DNA of 63,864 bases, counting the filler, from Octopus bimaculoides (lineage: Eukaryota), in assembly GCF_001194135.2 (NCBI RefSeq). It is 6 parts of 6 records of this genome, joined end to end, with 100 filler letters (N's around TTAATTAATTAA, not from the genome) between each part and the next. Parts side by side here need not be neighbours in the genome. Positions count along the whole stretch, not along the records: positions 1 to 27,798 come from NC_068986.1; 5 more parts are not named here. One strand, 5' to 3'. A program made the translations under genes and the position numbers. The notes beneath the pieces were generated by a model. It made no database searches. It saw only the letters and a program-made list of their open reading frames with translations, and was not told where the DNA came from. Shown here piece after piece: positions 1-13,953 of this stretch (position 1 is its first letter; each line of letters begins with the position of its first letter).

Positions 1-351
1 ATATATATATATATATATACACACATACACACATAATTTGAAGGAAACTCGGGGAGAGCGTAATAGTAGGTTGTCCTCAGAGGAGAAACCCCCTTAAGGC
101 AAGTGTTTCGGCCCTTAACTCCTGACACTCTAAAGGTTGGGGGAGACATCCGAGTCATAACTCCCGGATGTCCACCTACTGTCCATATTAATACGCATTG
201 GGTGGGATTGGTTTCTCTGGTTTCTAGCAGTGTTGTGATGTGTGCTGAAGCCATGAGAACGGACTAAATATACCCGTTTCCAGCTGGGTACACTGGCGAG
301 CGCTCGGACGACCCAGATGCGAGGGTTCTTTTTTAGTGCGGTCCCAGTGGG

Positions 352-386
<35 letters not shown>

Positions 387-699
387 TGTGTGTGTGTGTG
401 TGTGTGTGTGCACGTATGTATGTAGGTGAACGTGACTACTGTATAATATATGATATATGACTTATTCAAGAATGAAGTAAGTAAATTCACAAGTATGATA
501 CTCAATGGATCACGTTGGATATATTGAAGATTTACATTATATTACCCGCGTAAAATGAGCAGAACCCTTTTGCATATAATTCATGAAGGGACTCGAAAAG
601 AGCTACGGTCTCTAGATATTCATACACCAACACCTAAACATACTTATATATAATATATACATGTATATATGTTTATTATAAATATTTTATTATAAATAG

Positions 700-783
700 T
701 GAAGGGATTAACACTACTGTTGGTTAGACCTAGGAAGCTGCACCGCTTCCTAGGTCTAACTAACAGTAGTATTATTCCCTTCA
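700..783. repeat. 84-nt near-perfect hairpin (39-bp arms, 6-nt loop)
   Basis: Arm 700-738 is the reverse complement of 745-783 at 36/39 positions; loop TGCACC. Confidence 0.9.
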
Positions 784-1299
784 GGGGACTGCCACATTAA
801 GTTGACAGCATGCCACTACTTCATCGTGTCACTACTGCATAAATCTCTATGGGTGATTTAGAAATGTATTATTTCTTTCTCTATATATATAACTGATGAC
901 ATTGTGGCGATGTTTCTGCTCTCTCCTCCTATCCTCACTCATCTCATAATAGGTACGGCAATATCCTATTCTTCAATGAATTGTACATTCAGTTCCGTGC
1001 TCTTGAATATCTACATGAATGATGATAGCAGTGTTTTCTGAAACAATCACATTCAGCTACACAAACAACCACACAAAAGACACACACGTACGTACATACA
1101 TATAAACCTAGGTACACGCACACATTTACTTGTGCGTGTGTATACATGTATGCATGTTTATGTGTGTGTGTATTTGTCTGTGTATGTTTGTTTACATGTG
1201 TGTGGGTTGCTCGAAATCGACCCTTCACTACTCAACATACGTCTACGAAAAATTTACCATCTTTTCCACTCCAGTAGATTATTCTAATTCTCAGCTGTC

Positions 1300-1590
1300 T
1301 TCTTAGCTTGGCTCCACACTCTTGCTTAATGGGGTCCAGATATTTCATCATTCGTACAGCTAGCCTCTTCCACCAGTTCTTTCCATCGCTGGTCGTCCTG
1401 TGGCAGCCCCTCTGCATCATCCAACGAACCCCCAATCCTCTGGAGAACCTTCCAAATCACGTCCATGTGGTGCGGAACCTCCCACGAGACCTCTTCCAGA
1501 TTGCAAGCTGCTGCATCGAATGAGAGTAAAGCCGTGGCAGGATGATATATCGGAAGAATGAGTACATGTCCGTACCAGCTTATGCGAGAG
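1300..1590 (-). mobile_element. RTE-clade LINE fragment, RT C-terminal region (degenerate)
   Basis: ORF 1326..1697 contains RISWYGHVLILPIYHPATALL...W..V..L...G.SLDDAEGLPQDDQRWKELV, matching the RLRWxGHVxR...WxDxV...AQDRxxWR pattern of RTE ORF2 ends. Confidence 0.75.
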
Positions 1591-2460
1591 ATAGCTATGA
1601 GGTGAGAGACTGATGTGTGCTTAACATTTTTTGTTTTGTTTTCCTTTTCGTATTTTTTTTTACACTTGTAAGGCTGCATAATCATTTCTTCCTCCATTCT
1701 ATTCCTCTTTCTCTCTCTTGTGCCTTTCTTAATCCTTCTCTTTCGTCCCGTTCCCTTTCCTTTACTACCTCGCTAATACTTTTGTGGTGCCATCTGTATA
1801 TACTAATCATTATATAATTTCATCTGCCCAGTTCTAATTTTAATACCAATTTCGGTTATGTATTTTTGCCGACTCTTTTACAAGCAAATTGACTCTTCGT
1901 TGTCACGTCTCTTTCAGTACCTCATCCACGTTGGCATATATAAATGTCAATTGTCAGTTGAATAAGATTTTTCCAATTGTTGAGGAGTGAAACTGTCCAC
2001 ATATTTTGAAGGAAATCCGAAATCATAACGAGTGATTTTTGTACTTGCTGCAATATCTTGCTTGATGTTTCATTTATATTCATTTTAGTTGTATGTATGT
2101 CTGTGTGTGCGCGTATGTCTGTGTGTGCGCTTATGTTTGTGTGTATCTATGTACGTACATAAGATTCCAAATTGTGGATTTCAATGACTTCATGACTTTG
2201 CGATAGGCAATGTCATCGAAAAGTGTAGCTGTTTTAGTATTTTCACGGAGATTATCATTTTTACTCCTCCCTCACCTCTCTCATGCTATCCTCTCGTGCT
2301 TCGACCCTTTCTTTTTCCATATCTCTCTTATTCCTTCCCCTCCCTCTCCATCTGTGAGTCTGTCTCCCTCTCTTATTATTTACTTTTCTTTTCTCTTCTC
2401 TGTTTCTATGTGGAGGATGTGATATTATCTGATATTACCTTTCTATTTTTATTTTTCTAG

Positions 2461-2519
2461 ACTGGACGTAAATACTCAATTCGGGGTTGCTCTAAACGAA
2501 AATCTACGTACCAAACTTC
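2461..2519 (+). CDS. Candidate short internal exon, product unknown
   Basis: Long polypyrimidine acceptor (ttctatttttatttttctag) and donor gtaaga; two open frames (TGRKYSIRGCSKRKSTYQT or LDVNTQFGVALNENLRTKL). No homology recognised. Confidence 0.15.
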
Positions 2520-3375
2520 GTAAGATCTTGATATAATAAGGAGATAGTTGAGAAGCACAATTTTATATCCGTCATGCTGGAAAAATGGCACTAAGCGATA
2601 AATGAATTAAGATACGGCTCCGAAATTTTCCTGAAGTCTGGCAGACTATCAGATAGGGTAAAACCAATCGGAAAAACCTATTAACCTAAAGTGATTCTCT
2701 TGAAACCAGAGTCAATCAAAAATACCATTTCGTACTTCAATATCTCAGCAAAATTGTTGGAAGAAATTCTACTTTTCGTCTTCTCGTAATTTCAACTCTT
2801 ATCTATCACAACGTATTTTATATAGCATTTTACGAATCTGTTCGATTAATTTGGACACACGTTATTTAATTTAAAACAATATTTGATGTAGAGTAATCAA
2901 TCGAACCCACACAAAATTAAACAAACTATATAAATTAAATAAATAAATAAACATACATCACACATATATTTGGCTATGTTTACACTTTGTACTGTGCTCA
3001 TTAGTAAAATAAGGAGACGATATTCATGCTTGTAGGGCTTGTAGGGCATCGACACAAAAATATAATATTCTAATTGCAAAACGAGCAAAAAGGAAAACGG
3101 GGCTGACCCACTTATATACCTAAAATTTAATATGCACTTCTAGAATTTGAAATTTAGAAATCATATCTAAAATAAGAGGGGCTTTAATGTAACCTTTAAA
3201 TAATGCACTTAAGTTTTCAGTGGATATAGTGGGAGTCATAAAACTATACAAGGACGATAGAATTCTGGTATATACATAGATAGATATACATGCATACGTC
3301 AACGTTCACACGTGTGTGGAGGTGTATATGTATGTGTATATATATGTGTGTGTACATTACACACACGCACACACA

Positions 3376-3406
<31 letters not shown>

Positions 3407-5269
3407 TCACACACACACACATATATATATTACGCGCACTAACACGCACGCCGATTAAATAATGGATGACATTTATGTCATAGAAGTGCTTTAAAATTTA
3501 GGTAATGGTTTAAGCTAACTTGTAGATTTTGAAATTAATTCCTTTAATTTAACGAACTACGCATCATTAAATTTGACTATGTTTGCGCTTATATTAATTA
3601 TGCTTTGTGAACTCCATATATATCCATCGCTCTTTTAACACCAATGGTTTCAAATTTAGACACAATTTTGTCTTGTACAATAATATATGAACTTGTAAAA
3701 TTGTAATATCGTTTCTTACAAACTTGGCTCTAGTTTATACAAAGATAAATTTAGAAATGGTTTTCTGCATAATAGTCTGAAAGATGTAAATAACTTTTAA
3801 CAAGCGAAAAAGATAATTAATTAATAAACAGACTGCACAGCAGTAGAATAATTTGAAATTATTATCTCATGGAAATGGTAATTGCGAAATCGTTTTAGAA
3901 AGATGTAGGATGAACGTTAAGTTACCTACGTTGTTATTGCCTCCCCTCACCCATATAATATTATATAAGGTGTAATAATTTTGATTAATTGCTTAACAAA
4001 TCATGTTATTAGATTTCCGTTATATGTTCGAAGCTAAAGGTCGTGGCCATGCTGGAACACTACGAGCGTTGTCACATTGCTAATGGCTCTCTTGTATGGT
4101 TGGCTGTTAATGAATGATGGAGTTCGATATTATTGCACTCATTTGAGATTCTTGCCGTGATAAGTCATAATTGGATCATCTGGGATTTAGGACAGAAAAT
4201 GGTCTAGAGGTTTCTTGAAAACTCCAACTCCAACTCCTTGTAGATCACACAGGGGTTTCTGAAATTCCGGTAAATATTTTTGAAATGTATGAATAAAAAA
4301 ATGATTGACAAGGTGGGAAACAGAGATGTCACTAACGATGGTTCTTCATAGCATTTAAACTATCGAACTGAAACTGCTGCAATTAAAAGTCTTCTAACAA
4401 CATTTATTGGAAAATTGTGTGTATATAAAACACAATTCCATGTAGCTGACACGAGTTGTTACAGGGTTTAAGTTTTAACTGCTACTGTATGTACAATCAG
4501 TCAATGTAGATATGTGGATAGATAAGTCCTTTGATCGATAAAAGATAAAAAGTTCGATGGCCAGATATGCCGACACATAGTTAAGGCAAGGGAAAATAGC
4601 GTTAGTAAGTAGCTGTCTCTTTTGTCTTTTGATGTGTTGCAGCCCAAATGCCCAGGCCATGCTGGGGCACAACAATTATCCTGTTATATTCTTTTTGATT
4701 GTTTTTTTTTTCTCAACATGCTCTAAAATCTTAAGAAAATACAAAATCACAATAATTTCAATGTCATAATTAGCAAAAGCGGTCAATAACCGCAATACTC
4801 TTTCGTTTAAAATATATTAAATCTATGTGACTGTGCGTATTTCGCTTCCCTTATGATATATATTATATATAGATATATATGAATGTGTATCATGCGAAAT
4901 ATATTTATATATAAAAGAAAGGAGGGAAATGTACACTGTCACATAGATTTAATATGTAATAAACGAAAGAATTTTGTGGTTATCGACCACTTTCGCTAAT
5001 TATAACGTTGAAATTATTGTGATTTCGTATATTCTTAAGAGGATTTTAGTGCATGTTCTTGTATGGATGTTTGTGAATGACTCAACAAGATAAATCTAAG
5101 GTGAGGTAATTGGTGATAGTTATCATTCGCGACAGGGGAGGTAATTGCTCAATTTTGGGGTAGGATAAATAAACATACAAACCATGATGACGTAAAAGAT
5201 GTGAAATAAAATATGTACAGTGATGGAGGACATGTGATCATGAAGTATATATATATATATATATGCGTA

Positions 5270-5421
5270 GTGGTGTAGACAGCAACTAGATGTATTAGTT
5301 TAACGCTCGGGAAGTGAAAAAGTTTTTAACGTTTCGAGCCTACGCTCTTCCACAGAAAGGAACACAGAAAGAAACAGGCAGAGGAAAAATAAAGAATGTG
5401 TAGTGGCTAGCGATCTATCGT
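5270..5421 (-). mobile_element. Penelope-like pLTR-type repeat with variant hammerhead motif (copy 1)
   Basis: Reverse-complement match to 10857-11018 and 31885-32040; hammerhead-like fold at 5323-5359. Confidence 0.65.
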
Positions 5422-8400
5422 GCATACGCATATATGCATTTGAAAGTATCTTTTTTCAGGGTTACACCGTCATTTTCTACGTTGTTTAATTTGAATCTCG
5501 GTTAACATGAACTGGTTTCTACAAATGTTGGAATAGTTTGCTTCTATTTTCCTTCTTCGTAGTGTCGAATTATCATTTAATGCTTCCAGCGTAGATGCGT
5601 CGTGTTTATATGAGTAACATAAAATATGTCAGTGTTTAAAAGAGATTTTAGTTATCTAAAAGAGGTGAACATATTTGAAACACAAAGAATATGAATAAGA
5701 ACCCAGTGTTTAGACCTTATATAATTTCCTTTTGGAAAGTTTAGACATATTGTGTTGTTCTTGAATTAATTGCCGATCAAAGTCAAAATGGTTGTATGAA
5801 ATGCGGTATCAGATTTGATTTTAAACGATCAGTTTTCTCTCCTTTTCTCTCCCCATTTATTGTATCTTTTTCATTATAAATTTTCCCATATAAAATACAA
5901 TGATTTATCATTTTATAGACAAATGGCCTAACTTCCGATATTTTCTACTTCGACGAATGTAAATGACGAACACGAAGCAAATTTGCTTAAACACCTCCAG
6001 TGGTCACTTTCTTGTTAATAAATTTTATGCGTTATCCTATGATGGATATATAATTGAAGATTCGCCAAGAAGTTCAGTGAGTTTAGCTAAATGGAACAGA
6101 CATCACTTGGAGCCTGAAAGTAATTCTGAGTTTAAAATATGCTTAAAGAGAAGTAATATAATACATTTTCTGTGAATAAATATATTGGTAGAGGTGGTTA
6201 TAATATCATTTAATACTAGATATAACAGTATTTTATTTTCCATATATGTTTCATATTGAACGTTTAATATTCGAGCTATTTCACATGCTATTACGCAATT
6301 AACTGTTTTTCATAATGTAGATGTCGTCACAGAATTATTTGAATTTTAAACAATTCTCTTTTCACTGTTCAATGCCACCACATATACATTTATTTATGTT
6401 ATTGAACCATTTATTTGTTATCAATTCGGTAAATTGCTGCGAGGCTTCACTTCCGCAGATAACGCTCAGCCAAGCAGAAACACGTCCGGAATTGTCTTCC
6501 GTAGTTACCGGGAAAAAATGAAAGATTTTAAGTCATTGCTTAGCATTATTTTTCTCTCACCGCACATAAGAGTCTAGTTTAGCTTTCTAATGTTGCATAC
6601 TTTAATTATAAACTTATCCACTTAACTATTTGGCAGAAATACTTCAGCATTATATAAAATAATAGTTATTTAAAGAAAGCTGATGTAAAACAGTTTAATC
6701 CTCGAATGAAAGTTCTATAAGCAATATGGGTACTAATATATTATTAATATATTCCTTTGTTGGGGGCCCTAAAATGTAATTGTCACATACGAAAAATATT
6801 AAATCGTTACACAGCGGGAAGTAATGGAACAAATTATATCGTCGAATGAGATGATTTGAGCGATTTAATTCAGAATCATTACTTTCTGATTTTAATGAGG
6901 TGAACTGTGCATTTAATCTCTATAAAATATGAACCTCTCGAATATTTGACTTAGTATACAGGCTTTTAAGTATCACCTTAATACGACCTATTGAACTTAT
7001 CAATATCATACTTCTATTAGGATTTTGAATTGAAATTTCGATTTTTCGGCCCTCTTTACTCAGCTCAAATTCCGCCGACGTTGATTTTCCATTGATACTT
7101 TCGGGTTCAAAGAAAATAAAAACAGTACCAGTTAAATACTAGGGTAAATGTAGACGACTAACCCCACAAAACTGATGAACCTGTGCCAAAATCTTAAACC
7201 ATTGTTATCTATGGTGGAGTGCTTACAATCTCTGGTGGCAACTATGACTATAATCATTTCATCCTTTTTAGAAAATTCAGCATCATTTAACATTTAAATT
7301 TTATAATCAATATATTACGAAGACACTATAAAATCAAAAGTGAAAAATTGATTATAAAGATGATTTGTTAGGAGAATAGAGAAAATGAAATTCATATCTG
7401 TATTCAGGATCTCTGAGAATGATGAAAGAATAAATGATATCATATCCGTTAGCATATGAAAGGAGAGCAAAGTTGAGCCACGGAATGAACCAACAGATTG
7501 AAGTTGATCTTCAATCAGAGGACGGATTACGACTACTGTATTATTACATTGTTTTTTTTTTGTTTCCTTAGAGAAAAATACCACGCAAAGCAGATTAAAG
7601 GATCGCGCTCTAGAAATTCTATTCAATTTCGTTGAACACATAAAATATTTAAAGAGGTGTTAAGACATGAGGCTGCTTGCGAAATAACTAAAAACAGGTT
7701 AAAAAGACAGCATGGATATATTATTTGAACCCATATTTCAGAATCACATATGCAGGATAAAAGAATTTAGAGCATTAACGTATGCAATGTAGGCCAATAT
7801 CTATTAAAGGATCAGCGGTTGTTATTTGAAACAGCTTTTTGTAAATTATGTGCCGTCAAATACAATAAATTAACCACTAGATAATCAGTCATGTTCATGC
7901 TGCTTTTCTTTTATTTGATTATTGGGCTCGTGTTAAAGGTGTATGATTCACAATCATAAGGCCATGCATACGACTCACAAACGAGACAACATTATTTAAA
8001 CACAGAAATTAATTTTCATGTTAACCCAGTCTTCTCAGCTCTAATGGGTACCATTCTGGCGCAAGCCGATTTCTTTTCAGCTATCACATACTCCAACAGT
8101 GGACCCTAAAACAACAAAATCCTGGAATGTCTTAACAAGTCATGTTCTCTGGTTATTGACGACCGGGTGTACATAAGTCTGAATATGATATCGTATGCTC
8201 AATATATCGGTAGATATTACGCTGGTGTTAAAATGACCGCAGAGTAATACTTGCGTTCTATGCAGGTGCAGATTTTGACGAGTTTTCATGCGCTGCAACA
8301 GAGTAACAGCTCATTTAACATTGACTCAAATAGTGTCTCATGGTATTTGAAAGGATTGGCTTACTCACTATTGAAATTGGAAAAAGATTACGCAAAAGCT

Positions 8401-9411
8401 TGCGTCTAAAAATAAAATGAAAAATAAAAAGGCAAAAAGAAGAAAAGAATCACAGCTAAGTATACTTCTTCAGGACCGCTGGGGTTTGTGTTTGTGAATG
8501 GTTTAACATCAATTTATCGTTATGGATAACATCTGTTGCCAAGAGAAATGTGCAGTCTCACTGTTTAGTTCTATTTTGAATTAGATGTAATGTTTGTGAC
8601 TGCACTCATAAATATCTTGCTGATAAGGTGTTTTGTTAATTGACAGAATACAGGTGGGTTTTATGATGGATATTGTAGATATAGGCTGGTTTGTTCTCTG
8701 TGTTTACCTGAGGTTGCTGTAAGCATCTTAATAGATGAATTTCTTTCTTTTTCTACTTTTTCTTGTTACTACATTGAGATAGCTTTGAAGATTTGCCTGT
8801 TTAGTGCGCGTGATATGTATGCAAGAATGAATATACATATTCATATGCATATGTGCATGTGTATACATACACACGCGCATATATACAAAAATGCATACAC
8901 ATATATATATACAACTACATATGTAAACGTACGTGTATGTATATATATATATATATATATTCACACGCGCATATATGTGTGTGTGTATTTAACTATAAAG
9001 AAAGTAGACACTCCATCATCTGCGACGACGATCATCACAGTTCTTTGATAAACTGAATTATCTACTCAATATAAGAGCGTGTAAATGATTATTCCACCGA
9101 ATTTTGTAAGTTGTATTTAATCTTGAGGGCGAGAATTAGTGCGAGAGATAGGTTTAAGGAGGACACATGGACTTTTTCCATATACTCCAGCCACCTAATT
9201 TCCATATATATCTCCAGCTTTCTTTAAATATATGTTTCTCTATGAAGATATGATTAAATCATTTCATGAATCGGCAATAATTGTGATCGAACTCAAGGCC
9301 TACAGAAGTTCGTAACAACCTTCTAAGACACATAAACCACATGAATTCTTTATACATACATTCATAATACAAATACACACAACGCACATACACCTATATA
9401 TACACACACAT

Positions 9412-10000
9412 ACATCATAATCAACATCGTCCTCGTTTAACGTCCACTTTCTGTGCTGGCATGGGTTGCAAGGTTTGATTGGAGCCTGGTGTAGCCTTCT
9501 CGCTTGCCAGTCCTCAATCTAATCTGGTAAGGTTTCTACAGCTGGATGCTTTTCCTAATGCCCACCACCACGAAAGTGTAAAGAATGCATTTTACGTGCC
9601 ACCAGCATGAGGGCCAGTCAGGCGGCACTGCATCGACCACGCTTGAATGATGAATTTTTACATGCCAGCGGCACGGGAGCCAGTCAGGCGGCACTGGCAA
9701 CAACCATACTGGAATGGTGCTTTTTACGTATCACCGGCACGGGAGCCAGTCAGGCGACACTCGAAACGACCCACGCTCGAAAGGTGCTTTTTACGTATCA
9801 CCGGCAGTGAAGCCGGCGAGGCGGCACTGGCAACAACCGCGCTCGAATTATCACCGGCACAGAAGCCAATCAGGTGGCACTGGCAACAACCACGCTCGAA
9901 TGGTGCTTTTTACGTATCATCGGCACTGGCAACAACCACACTAGAATGTTGTATTTTACGTGTCACCGGAACGGAACCAGATAGGCAGCACTGGCATCTT
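9412..10000 (-). mobile_element. Non-autonomous element with RTE-like 3' tail and hairpin minisatellite (family D)
   Basis: Tail is the reverse complement of 27960-28141 and 52560-52740; about 6-7 degenerate GCCAGT-N8-ACTGGC units at 9600-10000. Confidence 0.8.
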
Positions 10001-10419
10001 CATATATAGCATGTAAATAAGTAACAAGGAATCACAGATATCAATATATTACGGCCGTTTCATGCAGCTCCATTTAATCGATCAATGAAAATATTACATC
10101 AATTTCAAAGCAACCGCACTCCTCAGGCGCAGATGACCATACCATTTTAAAAACATTTACATCAATACTAGATAGCAAAATAATTATATTGTTTCCTTGT
10201 GTTAAAGCTTACTATTATTTAGAGAGTAGCAGAGGGAAATAGTCAGGGGGGGGGGCAAAATATAGAAGTGGTGACGTCGCAATTTATAGACTAGGCAAGG
10301 TGCCTCAATTTAAGTGCCCAATTGAGCTGGATATTAATTATTTACACCCACATATATATACATATATATGAATGCATATATGTATACGTACAAATATATA
10401 TATATATATATATATATAT

Positions 10420-10810
10420 CAGCAGCTTCCTTCCCAACCACATGGTTCCGGGTTCAGTCTTATTGTCTTATTGCGTGAAATGTTGGGGAAGTGTTTTATA
10501 CTATAGACCTGGGCCGATCAAATCCTTGTGGGTACATTTGGTAGACGGAAACTGAAGGTACTCCATTGTATAAATGTGTAAACATTTATGTGTGTGTGCT
10601 TGTGTCTATGTTTGTCACCCCACCTACCATAGCTTAACATCAGATGTTGGTGTGTTTACGTCCCCATAAACCAGCAGTTCGACAGAAAGGAGCAATATAA
10701 TAAGCACCGGGCTTACAAACAATAAGTCGATGGCTTGATTTCTTCGACTAACAGGTGGTGCTGCAGTATGACCACAGTGAAATGATTGAAACAACTAAAA
10801 TAATAAAATA
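10420..10810 (+). mobile_element. tRNA-derived SINE family A, diverged near-full copy
   Basis: Matches 40668-41133 (ccacatggttccgggttcagtc...ggtagacggaaactgaa...tgaaacaa). Confidence 0.8.
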
Positions 10811-10856
10811 TAAGAACACAGACACACACATATATGTGTGTGCGTTCTTATATTTA

Positions 10857-11018
10857 TGATAGATCGCTAGCCACTACGCATTCATTTTTTTTTCTCTCCC
10901 TTTTTTTGTGTTCCTTTCTGTGGAAGAGCATAGGGTCGAAACGTAAAAGACTTTCTCACTTCCCCAGCGTTATACTAATACACCTGTCTTCGTCTTTTTT
11001 TTTGTGAAATCTTCCCGT
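10857..11018 (+). mobile_element. Penelope-like pLTR-type repeat with variant hammerhead motif (copy 2)
   Basis: cttt-CTGTGGAA-gag catagg gtc-GAAACGTA-aaag at 10914-10949; homologous to copies near 5270 and 31885. Confidence 0.65.
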
Positions 11019-12067
11019 ATATATATATATATATATATATATNNNNNNNNNNNNNNNNNNNNNNNNNNNNNNNNNNNNNNNNNNNNNNNNNNNNNNNNNN
11101 NNNNNNNNNNNNNNNNNNNNNNNNNNNNNNNNNNNNNNNNNNNNNNNNNNNNNNNNNNNNNNNNNNNNNNNNNNNNNNNNNNNNNNNNNNNNNNNNNNNN
11201 NNNNNNNNNNNNNNNNNNNNNNNNNNNNNNNNNNNNNNNNNNNNNNNNNNNNNNNNNNNNNNNNNNNNNNNNNNNNNNNNNNNNNNNNNNNNNNNNNNNN
11301 NNNNNNNNNNNNNNNNNNNNNNNNNNNNNNNNNNNNNNNNNNNNNNNNNNNNNNNNNNNNNNNNNNNNNNNNNNNNNNNNNNNNNNNNNNNNNNNNNNNN
11401 NNNNNNNNNNNNNNNNNNNNNNNNNNNNNNNNNNNNNNNNNNNNATATATATATATATACAAACATATTTTGAAGCAGGCATATATACATATATGCATAC
11501 GCACATGGATGCCTATATACAATCATACATGTATATTACTTTTCCGAATACTGCACACATGAACCTTGTCATTGAATAGGAATTAAATAACTCGCAATAT
11601 TAGCGTAAACTCTCACAATATATCTCGTTAAGCTAATTAGCACTTATTAGCAGAGCTATCACACAGCTTCCTACCTCTCTGTATTTCTTCTCACATCATT
11701 TATCTTCATCGCATTTCTTTTTATCGACTGCTCTTCTTTTTTCTAATTCTTTCATCTTTTATCTTTTCCCAACAACTTTTCCTAATTTTTTATATTTTTC
11801 CAATTCTTCATTTCTTTATTTCTTTCTTTCTTTCTCTGTATTTATTTATGTATTTATTTGTTTGTTTGTTTATTTACTCCACGTAATTTCCTATCGACAT
11901 ATCTTTCTTTCCGTGCATTTTCCTGTATTTTTAAATTGTTACTTTCCTTTATTCTATCTTATCCAGATATCGAATATTTTCCCTATTTCTATCTATCCGT
12001 ATATCTATCCATGCACACACACACACATACGTAGATATATACATACAAAACGCATATATGCACACGA

Positions 12068-12099
<32 letters not shown>

Positions 12100-12873
12100 N
12101 NNNNNNNNNNNNNNNNNNNNNNNNNNNNNNNNNNNNNNNNNNNNNNNNNNNNNNNNNNNNNNNNNNNNNNNNNNNNNNNNNNNNNNNNNNNNNNNNNNNN
12201 NNNNNNNNNNNNNNNNNNNNNNNNNNNNNNNNNNNNNNNNNNNNNNNNNNNNNNNNNNNNNNNNNNNNNNNNNNNNNNNNNNNNNNNNNNNNNNNNNNNN
12301 NNNNNNNNNNNNNNNNNNNNNNNNNNNNNNNNNNNNNNNNNNNNNNNNNNNNNNNNNNNNNNNNNNNNNNNNNNNNNNNNNNNNNNNNNNNNNNNNNNNN
12401 NNNNNNNNNNNNNNNNNNNNNNNNNNNNNNNNNNNNNNNNNNNNNNNNNNNNNNNNNNNNNNNNNNNNNNNNNNNNNNNNNNNNNNNNNNNNNNNNNNNN
12501 NNNNNNNNNNNNNNNNNNNNNNNNNNNNNNNNNNNNNNNNNNNNNNNNNNNNNNNNNNNNNNNNNNNNNNNNNNNNNNNNNNNNNNNNNNNNNNNNNNNN
12601 NNNNNNNNNNNNNNNNNNNNNNNNNNNNNNNNNNNNNNNNNNNNNNNNNNNNNNNNNNNNNNNNNNNNNNNNNNNNNNNNNNNNNNNNNNNNNNNNNNNN
12701 NNNNNNNNNNNNNNNNNNNNNNNNNNNNNNNNNNNNNNNNNNNNNNNNNNNNNNNNNNNNNNNNNNNNNNNNNNNNNNNNNNNNNNNNNNNNNNNNNNNN
12801 NNNNNNNNNNNNNNNNNNNNNNNNNNNNNNNNNNNNNNNNNNNNNNNNNNNNNNNNNNNNNNNNNNNNNNNNN

Positions 12874-12908
<35 letters not shown>

Positions 12909-13766
12909 CATACATACGCGTGAAGTTGTATATATGTTAATATGTAAATATACATGTATACACGAACACACATACACACATATATGTGCGTGTGTGTGTA
13001 TATGTTTGTGTGTATATGTTTGTGTGTATGTAGGTAAGTATGTTTATACTTCCAACTGCAAGTAATTATATATCAAAATAAAAAATGTATGATGAGGTAC
13101 AAACATACACGAAACAAGTCTAGAACCGACAAAACAAAAATAACAGGTATACATACACATACATAAACATCTATTCACTAGTTTCCATGTTTAGATTAAC
13201 GCAGATTCAACGACCATTGCACAGGTGTTATCATATTCAAGAATCACTCAGTTGGAAATTACCACGTAAATCCTGGAGAGTTGGAAGCAATTAGTATGTG
13301 TTGGCAGCTGGTCAAGACAAATTGACCATTGCTACTGAACTTAGAGCATGGCCAGTTCTATAAATGTATTAAGTAGCACGGAACACATTATTTCTATCCA
13401 GAAACACTTCACTTCATACCAATTGAAACTATAACATTGACGCAATACTATTATTACTAACCTATTATTATTATTAATGTATTTTTTTTTTTTGTTGAAG
13501 ATTTGATTTTGCTTGTTTTCAAACTTTGCTGTTTGAAACATAAATAAACATAACATATGTATATATTTTTTATGCCTGGCTCATTGTTTCGGCATAAGGC
13601 CAACTGTACAATGCAGCCATCATTGAGGCTTTCCTGCATTAGTAATAGCAGCCAAATTTTCAATGAGATCTAAGTTTTCTCAAACGGAGGATACATACTC
13701 AAACACTACCATACTTACTGTGAAAAGACAGTCCTGATTGGGCTACATTTGGAGGTAGATTTGCAT

Positions 13767-13953
13767 AATTGTACAGCGAGATTTGTACAATTGTACAGCG
13801 AGATTTGTACAACTGTACAGCGATATTTGTATAATTGTACAGCGAGATTTGTACAATTGTACAGCGAGATTTGTACAATTGTACAGCGAGATTTGTACAA
13901 CTGTACAGCGAGATTTGTATAATTGTACAGCGATATTTGCATAATTGTACAGC
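13767..13953. repeat. 22-bp minisatellite, about 8.5 copies
   Basis: Unit AATTGTACAGCGAGATTTGTAC; junctions form the palindrome TGTACAATTGTACA. Confidence 0.95.

Noticed and set aside
60-330. Possible hammerhead or pLTR remnant (minus strand ggccGAAACACTTG; gacatccg/cggatgtc hairpin)
   Set aside because: No CUGANGA-like core in the right position; too degenerate to call.
8026-8105. Minus-strand candidate exon GPLLEYVIAEKKSACARMVPIRAEKTG
   Set aside because: Good acceptor but poor donor (gttaac), and no recognisable homology or partner exon.
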